Assembly (NCBI GenBank): GCA_963805625.1
Contig: CAWDVE010000010.1
Location: forward strand, 320,001-384,000
Length of the DNA: 64,000 bases
Direction of reading: 5' to 3'
From: an uncultured Candidatus Rokubacteria bacterium
GTDB taxonomy: Bacteria > Methylomirabilota > Methylomirabilia > Rokubacteriales > DASRDR01
The notes beneath the pieces are model-generated. The model searched no databases. It worked only from the letters and a program-made list of their open reading frames with translations, and had not been told where the DNA came from. Positions 62,572 to 64,000 of the stretch are shown piece by piece. Each line of letters starts with the position of its first letter. Within the stretch, counting starts at the first letter, position 1. The translations under genes and the position numbers were made by a program.

Positions 62572-64000
62572 TCAGGGCCGCGCTGGAGCCTTCGCCGCCG
62601 CCGGCCTGGGCCGTTTGCCGTTCCCATTCCACACGAGGGGCGGCTTGACCTCGAAGCGGCCGTCGAGCCGCCGGCGCCGCTCCTTCCACCCGTCCTGGTA
62701 CTCGAGCTCTTCCTCGGGGAGCGTGGCCGGCTGGCGCACGCCGTGCGCGTTGCGGAACTGCACCGCAAGCTCGGACGCTCGCGTGCGGACCCAGTCCCAC
62801 GGCGTGCCAAGGGCGAACTGGTCGGAGATCGCGCCGATGCGACCCGAGTTGATGTTGATGGAGAGCGTCACGCACGAGAGGATCGGCCCCGACCAGTACG
62901 AGGTCTGCCAGTTGAGCGGCACCGGCAGGATGTGGAGGTTGTGGCTTCCGCGGCAGTCGCCCGCCACCATGGGGCACGTCGCCCACGGCGACGACAGCTC
63001 ACCCGGGGCCGGCCAGTCGCCCTGGGCGAAGGCCAGCATCACCGGGTCGTCCTTGCCGCCGTACGTGAAACCCTTCTTCGACTTGATGTTGTGGAGCCGC
63101 TCGGCCGAGACGATATAGCCGAGCTGGGACGCCTGATCCTGCTCGTCGCGGCTCCAGATCCGTGCCACCACGAAGCGCGAGGAGCGAGTCAGTCCCTCGA
63201 TGTCGAAGAGATCCTCGGGCGCGCGGAGCGTGATCACCCGCTCCTGGAGGCCCTTGGCCAGCTCTTCCATCTTCCCGTCGAGCGCTTTCTGGTCGCGCGG
63301 GTGCGCCCCAGCCTCCACCGCCTGGGCCTTGGTGTCGAGGTCGACGATCTCGAAGAGGTATCCGCGCTTCATCTTGGATGAGGCGATGACGAGACCGCTG
63401 TTGAATCGAGGGTTTAGATATGCACCGGTGGCGAAGTAATTGAACGCCATGGGCTCGGTCTTGTCTGCGAACGACACGACCACGGTCTGCGACGGGTTCT
63501 CCGGGCGGATCGGCAGCGGCAGGACGACGCTCGCCGGCCCGGCGCCGCGGAGGTTGCCGGTGAAGGCGTCGGCGATGAGGTCCTGCCCCGGTCCATAGAG
63601 GCCGAGTTCGGAGGCCTTGGCGGCGCCTTCGTTGAGGGCGTCCCACATCAGCTCGTCGATGACATCGTTCGGCACCTTCTCGGTGGTGACGCCCGTCACC
63701 GCGACGTCGTCGCCCGTGTGGGTCACGATGAGCGAGGTGAACATCGGCTCGCCCTGGTAGGAGTTGTTGTCCAGGACGAACTTGGTGATGACGCCCTTGA
63801 CCTCGTCGGCGGCGACCACGTGGCCGCCCACGCCGCCGACGTCGGCCTTGGTTGCCTTGACGAAGCGCTGCACCAGTTCCGGCTTCCTGGCGAAGACGTG
63901 GGAGCGGTAGGAGAAGATGTTGGGCATGTTGGTGGTGATGATCTTCTCGGTGGTGCTCGGCGGGTACTCCGCGGCGTTGTCCTTGGACTGGTGGTAGTCC
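62572..64000 (-). CDS. class V fructose-1,6-bisphosphate aldolase/phosphatase, N-terminally extended, partial at window edge
   Basis: KADVGGVGGH, GDD, LGLYGPGQDLIADAFTGNLRGAGP, ADKTEP, YGGKDDP, RGSH; frame open to 64000. Confidence 0.85.
   Translation of the reverse strand, partial: DYHQSKDNAAEYPPSTTEKIITTNMPNIFSYRSHVFARKPELVQRFVKATKADVGGVGGHVVAADEVKGVITKFVLDNNSYQGEPMFTSLIVTHTGDDVAVTGVTTEKVPNDVIDELMWDALNEGAAKASELGLYGPGQDLIADAFTGNLRGAGPASVVLPLPIRPENPSQTVVVSFADKTEPMAFNYFATGAYLNPRFNSGLVIASSKMKRGYLFEIVDLDTKAQAVEAGAHPRDQKALDGKMEELAKGLQERVITLRAPEDLFDIEGLTRSSRFVVARIWSRDEQDQASQLGYIVSAERLHNIKSKKGFTYGGKDDPVMLAFAQGDWPAPGELSSPWATCPMVAGDCRGSHNLHILPVPLNWQTSYWSGPILSCVTLSININSGRIGAISDQFALGTPWDWVRTRASELAVQFRNAHGVRQPATLPEEELEYQDGWKERRRRLDGRFEVKPPLVWNGNGKRPRPAAAKAPARP

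Overview
High-GC bacterial chromosome segment. Gene content and the repeated '[10 protein letters not shown]' SBP remnants suggest Ca. Rokubacteria/Methylomirabilota (inference). 1-10.9 kb is intact core genome: pgsA, a PDZ/DUF512 radical-SAM-like gene, der, a TPR lipoprotein, a SPOR protein, ihfA-merR-tRNA-Pro, then surE-pcm-tRNA-Pro-acyP-nlpD-like-sigma factor and an ornithine cyclodeaminase-family gene. About 10.9-49.5 kb is a large decaying accessory region built on tRNA-Arg(CCT). It has a damaged 5' half (10942), one intact gene with its own promoter (14252), two 3'-half copies (20772, 33847) and a foreign tRNA-Arg(ACG) 3' half (19261), which together delimit tandem integrative elements. 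These carry tyrosine integrases, 12-bp-period arm-type repeats, seven divergent PEP-CTERM genes or remnants (several with sigma54 or enhancer sites), an AbiJ/HEPN-like gene, a broken SNF2 helicase, ISL3, IS21, IS481-like and IS110-like remnants, a group II intron 3' half and many pseudogene fragments. Two tandem 44-47 aa ORFs missing from the ORF track (46087-46432) share a YEPPxIExVLT...AG leader and have variable cores, so they look like RiPP precursors. 49.6-64 kb is core again: ilvE, MFS, leuA with a Leu leader-peptide attenuator, USP, a bactofilin operon, a PaaA-like diiron protein, GT4, a DUF151 nuclease and an N-terminally extended class V FBP aldolase/phosphatase running off the window. 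No CRISPR array or rRNA was seen.
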